Assembly: GCF_963921235.1 (NCBI RefSeq)
Contig: NC_086097.1
Location: forward strand, 189,536,001 to 189,600,000
Source of the DNA: Mobula hypostoma
Taxonomy: Eukaryota
DNA length: 64,000 nt
Direction of reading: 5' to 3'
The notes under the pieces were generated by a model that was not told the origin of the DNA, searched no databases, and was given only the letters and a program-made list of their open reading frames with translations. Positions 26,031 through 39,810 of this stretch are shown piece by piece. Numbering within the stretch: position 1 is the first letter of the stretch; every line of letters starts with the position of its first letter. The translations under genes and the position numbers were made by a program.

Positions 26031-27057
26031 TAGATGGAGGTTTTACAAAAACACAATGATGTGAAATATTACAGAGTGATTTAAAGACTTTCAAATAGAC
26101 TGTATGCATCTAACATATTCATACAAGTACAACTGTAACACTGGGAACCGAATTTAAGTTGGCCCTGGTATACTTAGATATAAGTTAATGTTTGCATTAG
26201 TTTAGACCAAATTGCTAGCAGATATAATTTGCTCAGGCACAATGTTCTGATGGGGTCACAGAATTACACAGCATGGAAACAGGCTCTTCAGTGCAACAAG
26301 TCCACACTAACTATCAGATGCCTGTTTACATTAATACTACATTCCCATGTACCTTTCCTAGATTCTCCCATCCACCTACACGCCAAGGGCCTTGTTATTA
26401 ACCTATCCACTTGCATATCTCTCAGATATGGGTGGCAGTTAGAATAAACAGGGGAAACCCATGGGGACTCAAAGAGGACATGCAAGCTTTCACATAGTCA
26501 GCACTAGAGTCAGGGCTGAACCGGTCATGCCAAGGTGTCGCGCAAGTTGTAGTTTAATTGTTCTTGCCTCTTGTGTGATGTTCTAAATAGAGGCTTGCCT
26601 GCTAACACAGGTGAAATCAAGTGAATGCATGACTATTTGACAATAACTTGATAAATTTTCCTGAGGTGACTGTTATGTGTCTCTCAATTAATACCAGTGG
26701 GGAAAATAGATCTTCTGGTCATTTCCTCATTGTTTTTTATGGAGGTTTGCCAGATGCAGTTCCTATTCTTGGATTAAAAAAATAATCGAACCATTAGAAA
26801 GTTCCTTTTCATAGAACCAGAGAACACTAGAACACTACAGCACAGAAAACAGGCCATTCAGCCCTTCTAGTCTGTGCCAAAACATTAATCCGCTAGTCCC
26901 ATCGACCTGCGTCCAGTCTATAACCCTCCAGACCTCTCCCATCTATGTATCTATCCAATTTATTCTTAAACTTAAGAGTGAGCCCACATTTACCACGTCA
27001 GATGGCAGCTCGTTCCACACTCCCACCACTCTCTGAGTGAAGAAGATCCCCCTAAAC

Positions 27058-27569
27058 CAGGGGTCCCCAACCTTTTTTGCACCACGGACCCATTTAATAT
27101 TGACAATATTCTTGTGGACCGGCTGACTGGTGTGGTGGTGTTCAAGTAGGGTTAAACTCATCTCAACATGTCTTTTACAGTTAGGGTTGCCAACTTTCTC
27201 ACTCCCAAATAAGGGACTAGCTGTGTTATTTGGTATGATTTGTTAGGTTGTTTTTTGGGTCTGGGAACGCTCAAAAATTTTTCTCATATAAATTAATGGT
27301 AATTGCTTCTTCGCTTCACACCATTTCGGCACGAACGGATTCATAGGAACGTTCTACCTTAGTGGGGGAAATACAGGACAAACCAATTTAGCCCAATATA
27401 CGGGATGTCCCGGCAAATACAGGACAGTTGGCAACCCTATGTTCAAGTTCAACAGTGCGTGACAGGGAATGAAGAAAGGTGCAGCTGACTCGTATCATTT
27501 CCTCACGGCCTGGTAGCACATGCTTTGCGGCCCAGTACCAGTCTGTGGCCTGGTGGTTGGGGACCGCTG
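27058..27569. mobile_element. hAT (Charlie-like) MITE
   Basis: TIRs caggggtccccaacc and ggttggggaccgctg; 8-bp TSD ccctaaac (27050-27057, 27570-27577). Confidence 0.9.
27147..27439. mobile_element. Second hAT-type MITE nested inside the first
   Basis: Ends tagggtt...aacccta; 8-bp TSD tgttcaag (27139-27146, 27440-27447); extra internal TIR tagggttgccaac at 27182. Confidence 0.75.
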
Positions 27570-28515
27570 CCCTAAACCTTTCCCCTTTCACCTTAAAGAC
27601 ATGTCCTCTCATACTTCTCTCTCCTAATCTAAGTGGAAAGAGCCTATTCACATTTATTCTGTCTATACCAATCATAATTTTGTAAACCTCTATCAAATCT
27701 CCCCTCATTCTTCTATGCTGCAAGGAATAAAGTCCTAACCTGTTCAATCTTTCCCTGTAACTCAACTCCTGAAGACCCGGCAACATCCTAGTAAATCTTC
27801 TCTGCATTCTTTCAATCTTATTGAAATCCTTCTTATAGTTAGGTGACCAGAACTGTACACAATACTCCAAATTTGGCCTCACCAATGTCTTATACAACCT
27901 CCCCATAACATCTCAACTCCTATACTCAGTACTTTGATTTATGAATGCCAGGATGCCAAAAGCCTTCTTTACAAACCTGTCTACCTGTGACGCCACTTTC
28001 AGGGAATTATGTATCTGAACTCCCAGATCTCTTTGTTCCTCCATACTCCTTAGTGCCCTACCATTTACTGTGTATGTCCTACCTTGATTTGTCTTTCCAA
28101 AATGCAACACCTCACACTTGTCTGCATTAAGTTCCATCTGCCATTTTCTGGCCCATTTTTCCAGTTGGTCCAGATTCTTCTGCAAGCATTGAAAGCCTTC
28201 CTCGCTGTCCACAATGCCTCCAGTCTTAGTGTCATCAGCAAACTTGCTGATCCAATTTACCACATTATTATCTAGATCATTGACATAGACAACAAACAAC
28301 AATGGTCCCAGCACAGATTCTTGAGGCACACCACTAGTCACAGGCCTCAAGTCTGATAAGCCATCATCCACTACTTCTCCCACACAGCCAATTTCTGATC
28401 CAGTTTACAACCTCTCCATGGATGCCTAGAGTCTGAACCTTCTGAACTAACCTCCCATGTGGGACCTTGTCAAAGGCCTTACTAAAGTCCATGTAGACAA
28501 CATTCACAGCCTTTC

Positions 28516-28878
28516 CTGGGTGGGACACAACCCACCCAGCCAACAGACTTTTCATCCCTCTTCCCTCCGGGAAAAGGTTCAGGAGCTTGAAGACTCGTAA
28601 AGCCAGATTTGGGAACAGCTTCTTTCCAACTGTGATAAGACTGCTGAACAGATCCTGACCCAGATCTGGGCCGTACCCTCCAAATATCCGGATCTGCCTC
28701 TCGGTTTTTTTGCACTACCTTACTTTCCATTTTTCTATTTTCTATTTATGATTTACAATTTAATTTTTTAATATTTACTAATTATTTGTAATCCAGGGAG
28801 TGTGAAGCGCAGATTCAAATATCGCTGTGATGATTGTACGTTCTAGTACTAATTATTTGGCGACAATAAAGTATAAAA
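28516..28878 (+). mobile_element. Rex1/Babar-like 3' end inserted in CR1
   Basis: LLPSGKRFRSL...NSFFPTVIRLLN-type C-terminus followed by aataaag. Confidence 0.7.
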
Positions 28879-31496
28879 TATCTACTTTCTTGGTAACCTT
28901 CTCAAAAAACTCTGCAAGATTCATTAAACATGATCTACCATGCACAAAACCATACTGACTATCCTTAATCAGCCCTTGGCTGTCCAAATACTTGTATATC
29001 TGATCTCTCAGAACACCTTCCATTAATTTACCTACTATCGATGATAGGCTCACCGGTTTACCTTTGGAGCCTTTTTTAAACAACGGAACAACATGAGCTA
29101 CCCTCCAATCCTCTGGCACCATACCCATGGCTAAGGACATTTTTAATATTTCTGCTAGGGCCCCTGCAATTTCTACACTACTCTCTCTCAAGGTCCGAGG
29201 AAATATCATGTCAGGCCCAGGTGATTTATCTACCTTAATTTGCCGTAAGGCAGCAAGCACCTCCTCCTCTTTAATCTCTATATGTTCCATGACACTACTG
29301 CTTGTTTCCCTTCCTTCCATTTACACTATGCCAGTTTCCTGAGTAAATACTCGCACAAAAATATTGTTTAAGATCTCCCCCATCTCGTGAGGCTCCACAC
29401 ATAGACGATCACTTTGATCTTCTAGGGGACCAAATTTGTCCCTTACTATCCTTTTACTCTTAATATACTTGTGGAAACTCTTCCGGTTTACCTTCACATT
29501 ATCTGCCAAAGCAACCTCATGTCTTCTTTTCACCTTCCTGATTTCCTTCTTTAGTATTTTCTTACATTTTCTATACTCTTCAAGTACCTCATTTGTTCCT
29601 TGTTGCCTATACGTACTATACACCTCTCTCTTTTTCTTAACCAGATCACCAATATCCCTTGAAAACCAAGGTTCTCTATGCCTGCTAGCTTTGCCTTTAA
29701 TCTTGGCAGGAACGTGCAAACTCTACACTCTCAAAATTTCGCCTTTGAATGCCTTCCACATACTGAACACATCCTTGCCAGAAAACAACTTATCCCAATC
29801 CACTCTTCCTAGATCCTTTCTCATTTCCTCAAAATTGGCCCTTCTCCAATTTAGAACATTAACTCGAGGAGCAAGACCTATCCTTATCCATAAATAACTT
29901 GAAACCAATGACATTATGGTCACTGGACCCAAAATGTTCGCCTACCCATACTTCTGTCACCTGACCTGTCTTGGTCTCTAATAGGAGATCAAGTATTGCA
30001 TCCTCTCTCATTGGTACCTCTATATAATGATTTAGAAAACTTTCCTGAACACATTTGACAAACTCCATGCCATCTAACCCTTTCACAGTGTGGGAGTCCC
30101 AGTCAATATGTGGAAAGTTAAAATCCCGTACTGTTACAACTTTCTGTTTCTTACATCGGTCTGTTATCTCTCTACAGATTTGCTCCTCCAATTCTCTCTG
30201 ACTATTGGGCGATCTATAATACAACCCTATTAATGTGGTCACACCTTTCCCATTCCTCAACTCCACCCATATGGCCTCTGTAGACAAGCCCTCCGGGCTG
30301 TCCTGTCTACGCACAGCTGTGATATTCTCCATGACTAGTAATGCCACTCCTCCCCTTTCATCCCTCCACCTCTATCACGTCTGAAACAACGGAACCCCGG
30401 AACATTAAACTGCCAGTCCTGTCCCTCCTGCAACCAAGTCTCACTAATAGCAATAATGTCGTAATCTCATGTGTCAATCCACATCCTAAGCTCCTCTGCC
30501 TTACCTACAATACTCATTGTATTGAAATAGATGCACCTGTGAACATTTCTATCACGTACAAACCTTTGATTACTGTCTATACATGCAGTCCTTGCATGAC
30601 CTTTATCCTCCTCCACCTCACTATCTGCTCTAACACTCCGGTTCCCCTCCCCCTGCAAATCTAGTTTAAAGCCCCCTGAGCAGAACTAGCAAACCTACCC
30701 GCAAGGATGTTAGTCCCCCTCCAGTTCAGGTGCAAACCATCCCGTCGGAACAGGACCCACTTTCCCTGGAACAAAGCCCAATTGTCTAGAAACATGAAGC
30801 CCTCCCTCCTGCACCATCTCCTTAGCCACATATTTAGCTGCATTATCTTCCTATTTCTAGCCTCACTAGCATGTGGAACAGGTAGCATTCCTGAGACTGT
30901 AACCCTGGAGGTCCTGTCCTTCAACTTTGCACCTAACTCCCTGAACTCTCTTTGCAGGACCTCCTTCCTATCCACGTCATTGGTCCCTACATGGACCACG
31001 ACATCTGGCTGCTGACCCTCCCTCCTGAGAATACCAAGAACTCAGTCCGAGATATTGCAAACCCTGGCACCAGGGAGGTAACAGACCATTCAGGATTCTC
31101 GATCTCTCCAACAGAACCTCTTATATGTCCCCCTAACTATCGAATCCCCTATCACTACTGCTCTCCTCTTTTCCCTCCTTCCTTTCTGAGCTGAGGGTCC
31201 AGTCTTGGTGCAAGAGACGTGACCACTACAACTTGTCCCTGGCAGGTCATCCCCACCAACAGTATCCAAAACTGTATACTTATTATTGATGGGAATGGCC
31301 ACAGGGGTGCTCTGCTCATTCTTTCAACTCTCCTGACAGTCACCCAGCTACCTGCCTCCTGACTTTTAGGGGTGATTATCTCCCTGAAACTCCTGTCTAT
31401 TTCTGCCTCACGAATGATCCGAAGTTCATCCAGCTCCAGCTCCAGTTCCCTAACTCGGTTTGTCAGGAGCTGCAGCTGGATGCACCTTTTACAGGT

Positions 31497-32433
31497 TGTT
31501 ACGTACCCCGTAACTGGGTTGCCAAACCAGCAGAAATGGATCACTCAGTTGGAGTCTGGATTACTAGAACTAAGAAAGTTTTATTAAAGAAACAAGCAAC
31601 ACAGTAATCGAAAGGATAATAAATGCAACAGTTCAGCAATGATAAACACACATGTGCACAGAATTAAGATAACAGCATCAATCAAGCTCTATCGTTGTCT
31701 AGGGGTAAATGACCAAATTTCAAAGTGACACAAAAGTTCAGTCCAATTTAGTTCAGTTCGCAGTAATGGTTGCCATGGCAATGGACAACGTGGGGGGAGA
31801 GAGAGAGAGAGAACGGGAACGACTGATCATTCAGAACGGCTTCCACTCACAGACTGGCGATATTGCTCACAAGCAGCTTTCGGGCGGGTCCTTTGTGATG
31901 TCACCTGAGGTCACCGACTGTGACCCCTCCTCCAGATGCGGTCGATCTTCTGCAGTGAACCCGGCACCCAAGCGAGGGCGGACACACACCGGGTTCCCGC
32001 TGATCATACCTTTCCACCCTGTGCGTTTAAGGTCCGGTACTTCCCACCGACTCGTGAGAGGCGCACTGCTTCCAGGGTCTCGTTACCTCGGGTGTCGTAT
32101 GTGTCCTGCTTTAGTGAACCTGTCCCTTTTTATCCCCCTGCTGGGGCATCGCCCGTCCATCACTTCAAACAGTTCAGGGTTCAAAGGGGGAGCCGCTCTA
32201 GACAGCTCTCTCTCCCGTCCCTTCATTACACATCTCCAGATCGCCTGTCCATCACTTCAAACAGTTCAGGGTTCAAAGGGGGAGCCGCTCTAGACAGCTC
32301 TCTCTCCCGTCCCTTCATTACACATCTCCAGATGCTGCTTCATTGTCCCTTATCTCTCCTTCCCCTGAGGACAGGTGGCAGACCAACTGCTGATCTCACA
32401 GGACAGCTAACATCCATGTGTATTCACGTCACA
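31497..32433 (-). mobile_element. Solo LTR, 937 bp, same family as 4996-5878
   Basis: TG...CA ends; 4-bp TSD AGGT (31493-31496, 32434-32437); extensive reverse-complement similarity to the first copy. Confidence 0.9.
32149..32332. repeat. 92-bp tandem duplication inside the LTR
   Basis: Units 32149-32240 and 32241-32332; one mismatch seen. Confidence 0.9.
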
Positions 32434-32594
32434 AGGTGTAGTCAGCAGGGATGATTGTGCTGTCCCTGACTTCCCACATACTGCATATGGAGCACTCGAC
32501 TGCCCTAACTGCTGCCTCCATTACCTACTCTCAAGTTAATTAAATTAATTAAAGGAACTTACCCGGCCTTACCTCACGGGGAGGTAAAACTCTC

Positions 32595-33623
32595 TGGTTT
32601 ATTCTTTGGCTTGTGCAGCTCGATCCTGGACTTCCTGTCAGATCACCGGCAGGTGGTAAGAGTGGGCTCCCTCCCCTCCACCCCTCTGACTCTCAACATA
32701 GGAGCCCCTCAAGGCTGTGTACTAAGTCCCCTCCTTTTCTCCCTGTATACCCATGACTGTGTCACCACCCACAGCTCCAATCTGCTAATTAAATTTGCCG
32801 ACACTACATTGATGGGCCAAACAATAACGAAGTGGCCTACAGGGAATAAGTCATCTCTCTGACACAGAGGTGTCAAGAAAACAACCTCTCCCTCAATGTC
32901 ACAAAAACAAAGGAGCTGGTTGTGGATTACAGGAGGAATGGAGACAGGCTAACCCCTATGTACATTAATAGATCTGGGGTTGAGAGGGTAAACAGCTTTA
33001 AACTCCTCGGCATCCACATCACCGAGGACCTCACGTGGTCAGTACACACCAGCTGTGTGGTGAAAAAGGCACAACAGCGCCTCCTTCACCTCAGACGGTT
33101 GTGGAAGTTTGGTATGGGGCCCCCAGATCCTAAAAACTTCCCACAGGGGCACAATTGAGAGTTCCTGACTGGCTGCATCACTGTCTGGTATGGGAACTGT
33201 ACCTCCCTCAATCACAGGATTCTTCCGAGAGTGGCGCAGACAGCCCAGCGCATCTGTAGATGTGAACTTCCCATGATTCACGACATTTACAGAGACAGGT
33301 TTGAGAGCAGGGCCCGAGGAATCATTGGGGACCTCAGTCACTCCAACCACAATCTATTCCAGCAGCTACCATCTGGGAACTGGTACTGCAACATAAGAGG
33401 CAGGACCAACAGGCTCCGGGGCAGCTTCTTCCACTGGGCCATCAGCCTGATTAACTCACGCGGATTCGAGTGTATTTGTATGTTATATTGACTGTTGTAT
33501 TTATTATAAATTACTTTGATTGCACATTGCACATTTAGATGGAGACGTAACTTAAGATTTTTACTCCTCATGTATGTGAAGGATATAAGAATTAAAGTCA
33601 ATTCAATTCAGTTCAATTCAATT
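32595..33623 (+). mobile_element. Rex1/Babar LINE RT 3' fragment
   Basis: GAPQGCVLSPLLFSLYTHDC, KFAD and KKAQQRL motifs; (caatt)n tail. Confidence 0.88.
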
Positions 33624-34606
33624 GATGGGAAATAACTATTCAGAAATGCAGGTTTTTTTCTTGTGATTCTTTATTATAAGTATTTTAAAATTGAGGGTCA
33701 AAATGTCGACACGTCACTTGGCAAATGGTTGGAGAAGAAGCTAGAACACAAAGCTTCACACAATCATTTGTCAGTTTGCAAAAGGCAAGTCTTATATGGA
33801 ATTCTATTCCATATAAAAAAGTTCAGAGGGTATGCCCTTCGGTGATCAATGTTCCAAGGATCTGGGTTTCTCACACATCTAGGTATCTCATTATTTAAGT
33901 ACAATTAATAGAACATCTCTTCACTTTTGGTGTTCTTTTGAAATACAAAAGCTCCACTCTTTCCTCAGTGATAGTCTCTGGCATTATTTTAATGAAACTC
34001 TAACTGGCCTTGAAATTTTCGCTACAGTCAGATATCAAAAAAGATGGTCATGATATCCTATTTTGTAAATTATATAAAGATATCCTCACAGAGTAGGAAA
34101 TTCAATCTTCCAGGGTCAGCCTGGATTCTTCAGGAGCTGACGTGACCCTGCTCCAAGCAATCTGAAAGGAAAAGTGATGAAATGCTGAAATAAGTGTTTC
34201 CTTTTTACTTGCTTTGAAAAATTGTGGTTATTAGTTATAAAATATTGAAGACAGAAGATGATTTTGAATGACAGTCAAGCAAATATTAAGAAATCTACTT
34301 ACTTTATAAGAAGTATGGAATTGTGTTGTATGGTGAGGTGGGTGTTTTGAGGAAGAAAAGGCAGCATTATGGGCATGCAACAGTAGGAAGCAGGAATTAA
34401 TATTCAACTTGAACTGACAACCTTATCATATATGTACACCTAATAAGTGAACCTACTGAAATAGTGAAACCACATTAATTCCCAGGTGTGCTATGCCTCT
34501 GTATTTCAAGTCTGCAACCCTTCTTCAATTAAGATCTCTTAAAGTTTGTATCCTTTAGTTCATAAACAATGCAAGTTGCATCTTGAGTAAGCAAGAGACT
34601 CTACAT

Positions 34607-34827
34607 TAAACACACACAAAATGCTGGAGGAACTCAGCAGGCCAGGCAGCATCTACGGAAAAGAGTAAACAGTCGAAGTTTCGGGCTGAGATCCTTCAAG
34701 TCCTGGCCCAAAACATCAACTGTTTACTCTTTTCCATAGATTCTGCCTGGTCTGCTGAGTTCCTCCAGTATTTTGTGTGTGTATTGCTTGGATTCCAGCA
34801 TCTGCAGATTTTCTCTTGTTTGTGATT
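34607..34827. mobile_element. Penelope-derived fold-back element, ribozyme degenerate
   Basis: Inverted arms; 11-bp TSD agactctacat (34596-34606, 34828-34838). Confidence 0.8.
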
Positions 34828-36901
34828 AGACTCTACATGCTCAGATATTTCATAATTAAATCATAGTGTGAAATGTCTGGATGCTGGTACAGTCAGCTGC
34901 ACATAGACTATTGCTAAAGCTATATGGGCTTGATGGAGGAAATACCATACACAATTGTATAGATTCATTTGGTTCCACTCCACATCCACATCAAGAAACT
35001 AAACATCTTCCATTTTAAGGATACAACCAGAAATGTCTACTTCATTCGAAAGATTAATTTTGATTAAAGAACATTTTTGCTCTATTATCTACTCTGCTTT
35101 CAGTTAAAGGAAGGCAGTTAGGGTAAGGCATCTCAGGAGTTGAGAATGCCAAGTAGAATGGTTCATCCGCGAATGGACAGAGCAGGAGAAACACAGAAAG
35201 GTACAATATGCTCCTGAAACACATTGTTTATCACGTCCAGTGAATTAAAACTTCATAATGCACTGACAATCTTTTGAAACTTGTGTTTCAGCAATTCAAG
35301 AGTTCATTAGTTCTAAGTGCTCTGAGATCCTTGAAATCCAAAATAACAAGTAAATAAATTAAAAAGTGACTTTTACAGAGACTCTTACTCTCAAGGTAAC
35401 TTGACCTTTTTAGTTGTCTTTTACTACAACTGGAACACGTTAGGCTATTTCCAATAAATTTGCTGCCTGTGAACATACTGATTTATATACTTACATTCAT
35501 TGTGTTTTTTATTATTGTGTCCTTTATCTTATTGTGTTTTTTAATCAATGTGTTCTTTTTTTGAGCTGAATCGGATCTGGAGTAACAATTTTTTCATTCC
35601 CCCTTGCACTTGCATACTGGAAATGACATTAAACAATCTTGAATCTTGAATCATGAATGATAACAAAATCTTTGTAGTAAAAATGACTAGTCACAAAGAT
35701 AAAATCAGAAATAAACAATCTTCAGTAAGAGACCCAATCCCTACACTGTAATACATTAGTTATTGAATTTTGTTGAAGAGACATAGCAGCTTTATTAATT
35801 ATTTGTTCTAAAACGCTCATATAATATTGAGACCTAAATTCTAAAACCTGAAGGAACCAAAGCTAATACTTATTGGCCATATTGTAAAAGTGCCAATTTA
35901 AACTGCATTCTGGGGTTGAAGTTAGTATGGCAATCATGATGAAAAGATGACTTTAGTAGCATTAAAATTGCTGAGAATCATATCTTGACTTTTCTGGTTC
36001 AATGATTAGTAGTACTCTTAAGGTAGCTAATCTGCACAGTTTTTAATTCCCTTGTAGTTCTCACCCACTTAGACTTCCTAGAGCCTTCCAGTGAGTAAAA
36101 TAGATGTATCTGCCAGAACCAGACAGATGGCTCATCATTAAATGCGCACTGAATTTTTTTTGGATTTGATAGAATGCCAATGCATTTTTGAGGGAATATT
36201 GTTTACATTGTCAATCCAGCCGCACTTGAGGTAAACCAGAACTGGCCACTATGACTTAACCCTGCATAAGTACAAAGGTATCTTTTGAAGAAAGTGGGGT
36301 GAAAGGGATACAGAATATCATGGATGACAGTAATTGTGAGTACTTCCTAAATGCCATCTAGCTTCCACAATCAGCTGCCGTCTGTCTCGGAGCTGCCTCC
36401 TCCATAAGGAGCTTGTCAAGGTGTGCAACTTTATCAACAGAATGGTAAGGTGCCAGGCCCTTGATTTCAACCAGTTGGCCCCATTGCTGGATTGGCCAGG
36501 TGGTTGTCCACCGACCAACTATTCAATGCAGTGAGTTAAAATCTGCTCCGATAGTCTTGAATTAGATAGTAGAAACAAGGTATACAGAAGTGACAGAGCC
36601 ATTAAAGCATGCATTCCCACTATCTAAACAAAACAAAGAAAAATGTCAAAGATATTTTCAAAGCACAAGATGACACTCAGAGGAAAATGCTAAGAATGCA
36701 AATTTTAACAACACTGACTTATCTCCAAATTGCTCATACATTCCGCACAGGACAATGAAAGTAATTTAACTGTATCACTTTTTTTGACTAGGGGAATATG
36801 AAGAATGGGATTTTGCACAGAATCTATTATTTGGCTTTATTCCACAATAAAAACATAATGGGCAGGAAAATCACTGGTTACACTTTAAGTACAATTCTTG
36901 A

Positions 36902-38871
36902 ATCACAAAAAAGAGAACATCTGCAGATGCTGGAAATCCAAAAAATGCTGGAGGAACTCAGCAGGCCAGGAAGCATCTTTGGACAAGAGTAAACAGGCGA
37001 TGTTTTGGGCCGAAACCCTTCATCAGGACTGGAGAAAAAAGATGAGGTCAGAGTAAGAAGGTGGGGGAGGGAAGGAAGAAATACAAGGTAGTAGGTGATA
37101 GTTGAAACCAGGAGGCGGGAAGGATGAAGGAAAGAGCCGGGAAGGTCCTGAAAACAGACTACAGGGAGTTAGGAAAGAAGTTGAGAAGCAGGACCTCCAA
37201 GGTAGTAATCTTGGGATTACTGCCTGTGCCACGCGACAGAGAGTATTGGACTAGAATGAGGTGGAGGATAAATGCGTGGCTGAGGGATTGGAGGAGGGGA
37301 CAGGGATACAGATTTCTGGATCATTGGGACCTCTTTTGGGGTGGGCATGACCTATACAAAAAGGACGGGTTGCACTTGAATCCGAGGGGAACTAATATCC
37401 TGGCAGGGAGGTTCATTAAGGCTAAGGAAAAGGACCTTGGCGATTGTAGGGACCATTTACAGTGGACTGAAAAGCTTGTGCATATAGACATTACTAAAGA
37501 GAATGTGCTGGAGCTTTTGGAAAGCATCAAGTTGGATATGTCACCGGGACCGGATGAGATGTACCCCAGGCTACTGTGGGAGGTGAGGGAGGAGATTGCT
37601 GAGCCTTTGGCAATGATCTTTGCATCATCAATGGGGACGGGAGAGGTTCCAGAGGATTTGAGGCCTCAGGGATCTGTTCTGGATCCTCTTCTTTTCGTGA
37701 TTTTTATAAATGACCTGGATGAGGAAGTGGAAGGATGGGTTAGTAAATTTGCTGATGACACAAAGGTTGGGGGTGTTGTGGATAGTGTGGAGGACTGTCA
37801 GAGGTTACAGCGGGACATGAGTGTGAGGTGGTTCATTTTGGTAGGTCAAATATGATGGCAGAATATAGTATTAATGATAAGACTCTTGACAGTGTGGAGG
37901 ATCAGAGGGATCTTGGGGTCTGAGTCCATAGGACACTCAAAGCCGCTGCGCAGATTGACTATGTGGTTAAAAAGACATAAGGTGTATTGGCTTTCACCAA
38001 CTGTGGGACTGACTGCAAGAGCTGAGAGATAACGTTACAGCTATATAGGACCCTGGTCAGACCCCACTTGGAGTACTGTGCTCAGTTCCGGTCACCTCAC
38101 TTGAGGAAAGATGTGGAAACTGTAGAAAGGCACAGAGGAGATTTACAAGGATGTTGCCTGGATTGGGGAGCATGCCTTATGAGAATAGGTTGAGTGAACT
38201 CAGCCTTTTCTCCTTGGAGCGGTGGACCAGATAGAGTTGTATAAGATGATGAGAGGCATTGATCGTGTGGATAGTCAAGAGGCTTTTTCCCGGAGCTGAA
38301 ATGGCTAACCTGAGAGGACACAGTTTTAAGATGCTTGGAAGTAGGTGCAGAGGAGATGTCAGGGTTAAGTTTTTTACTCAGAGAGTGGTGAGTGCATGGA
38401 ATGGGCTGCCGGCAACAGTGGTGAAGGCAGATACAATAGGGTCTTTTGAGAGGCTCCTGGATGGGTACATGGAGCTTAGAAAAATAGAAGGCTATCGGTA
38501 ACCTGAGGTAATTTCTAAAAGAAGTATATGTTTGGCGCAACATTGTGGGCCGAAGGGCCTGTATCGTGCTGTAGGTTTTCTATGTTCTATATAAGTTGAT
38601 TGGTAAGGGTGATAATGGGCTGGACAAGGGGGAATCTGATGGGAGAGGATAGAAGGCCATGGAAGAAAGGGAAGGAGGAGCACCAGGGGGAGGTGCTGGG
38701 CAGGTAAGGAGATAAGGTGAGAGAGGGAAACAGGAATGAGAAAGGGTTGGGAGGGGGGCAATTACCAAAAGTTTGAGAAATTAATGTTCATGCCATCAGG
38801 TTGGATGCTATCCAGACAGAATATAAGGTGTTGCTCCTCTAACCTGAGTGTGGCCTCATTGTGGCAGTAGA
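36902..38871 (-). mobile_element. Penelope-like 3' fragment split by a CR1 insertion
   Basis: Mutated hammerhead at about 36994-37031; GIY-YIG C-terminus (EQHLIFCLDSIQPDGMNINFSNFW*) at about 38762-38845. Confidence 0.7.
37131..38592 (+). mobile_element. Internally deleted CR1
   Basis: ORF1 esterase end fused to ORF2 pieces in ORF 37124..37855; 3' tail ttctatgttctat. Confidence 0.85.
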
Positions 38872-39696
38872 GTTTAATGCTTATCACTTTAGTTTTGTAC
38901 ATGAGAAAAAGTTATTTTTGTTACATATCATGGTTTTATACATATTAAATACATATTCTTATTAAATAAAAGCATTGTGGTACCTGGGAGGGAACAATGT
39001 TCATTACACTAAAATATCTAAGTTGGAGACCGAACCATAATGCAACAAGTTTCAGTATTGTGAAATTAAGATGAAAATACAAATGTGTGGAAGGACCTGG
39101 ATATTGAATGTCTTAGTATTTCAATCCCTGATGTATAGACTCACCACATGAATGTCCTAATCCTAGCTCCTTCCCCCTCCAATTACATTTCCAAGGATGC
39201 ATGAAAAATATTCAGTAAGAGAAATTTTAAGATTAAACACCATTGCTGAGGCTCTAATTTCATTCCCTGCCGAGCCTATGAAAACTGGTATCTCCATAGA
39301 ACAATTTATGTCATTTTTCTCTCTGGTGAAGTAATTTGTTTTTATTTAAATCAGAAACTAATCATTAAATATTCAAAAAGTGACATTTATGAATTTACCC
39401 AGAACCCTCTAGCTCAGATCACTTACAATTCAAATTACAATAATGTTCCCCTTATTCCCGCAAGTACTTTTAAAATAGAGCAAGACCAACAGTCTTCTCA
39501 GTTTTAAGCTTCATTTGTTGGAACAGTATGATTTAAGGTAACTATTACATTACAATAAAATTTTAAGAACTTGTTATAAAAGAAAATCACTTTGGGCCAT
39601 GTATCTTTCCTGATATGTCAAAGTGACTGATGACACTATGGTGGCTTAATTTATCCCAGGATGACTTGTCTGTTACTGGTGCTTATTTCTACCCAC

Positions 39697-39810
39697 CGGC
39701 ATCTGCCTTTTGTTGTTTCTCAATCTTCTCCAGTCTTCCCAGCAAGAAGTCAATTTTGTTTTTGATTTGGGTCAGTTCCTTCTTGATTGTCTGCAGCTCA
39801 TCTGATTTCA
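39697..39810 (-). CDS. RALYL: RALYL internal coding exon (hnRNP C/RALY-family coiled coil)
   Basis: Acceptor ttctctgtccccAG, donor GTgggt, 114 nt, phase 1/1. Translates (x)[37 protein letters not shown], nearly identical to human RALYL as recalled ([38 protein letters not shown]). Confidence 0.95.

Larger units (their letters stand above)
26810..32590 (-). mobile_element. Near full-length decayed CR1 (ORF1, APE, RT, 3' tail) with three nested insertions
   Basis: Collinear ORF fragments: ORF1 CKRC/leucine zipper and GDSIVRG, APE DFNFP/SSDH, RT KFADDTK and RPNLEYCVQFWSP. Confidence 0.92.
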
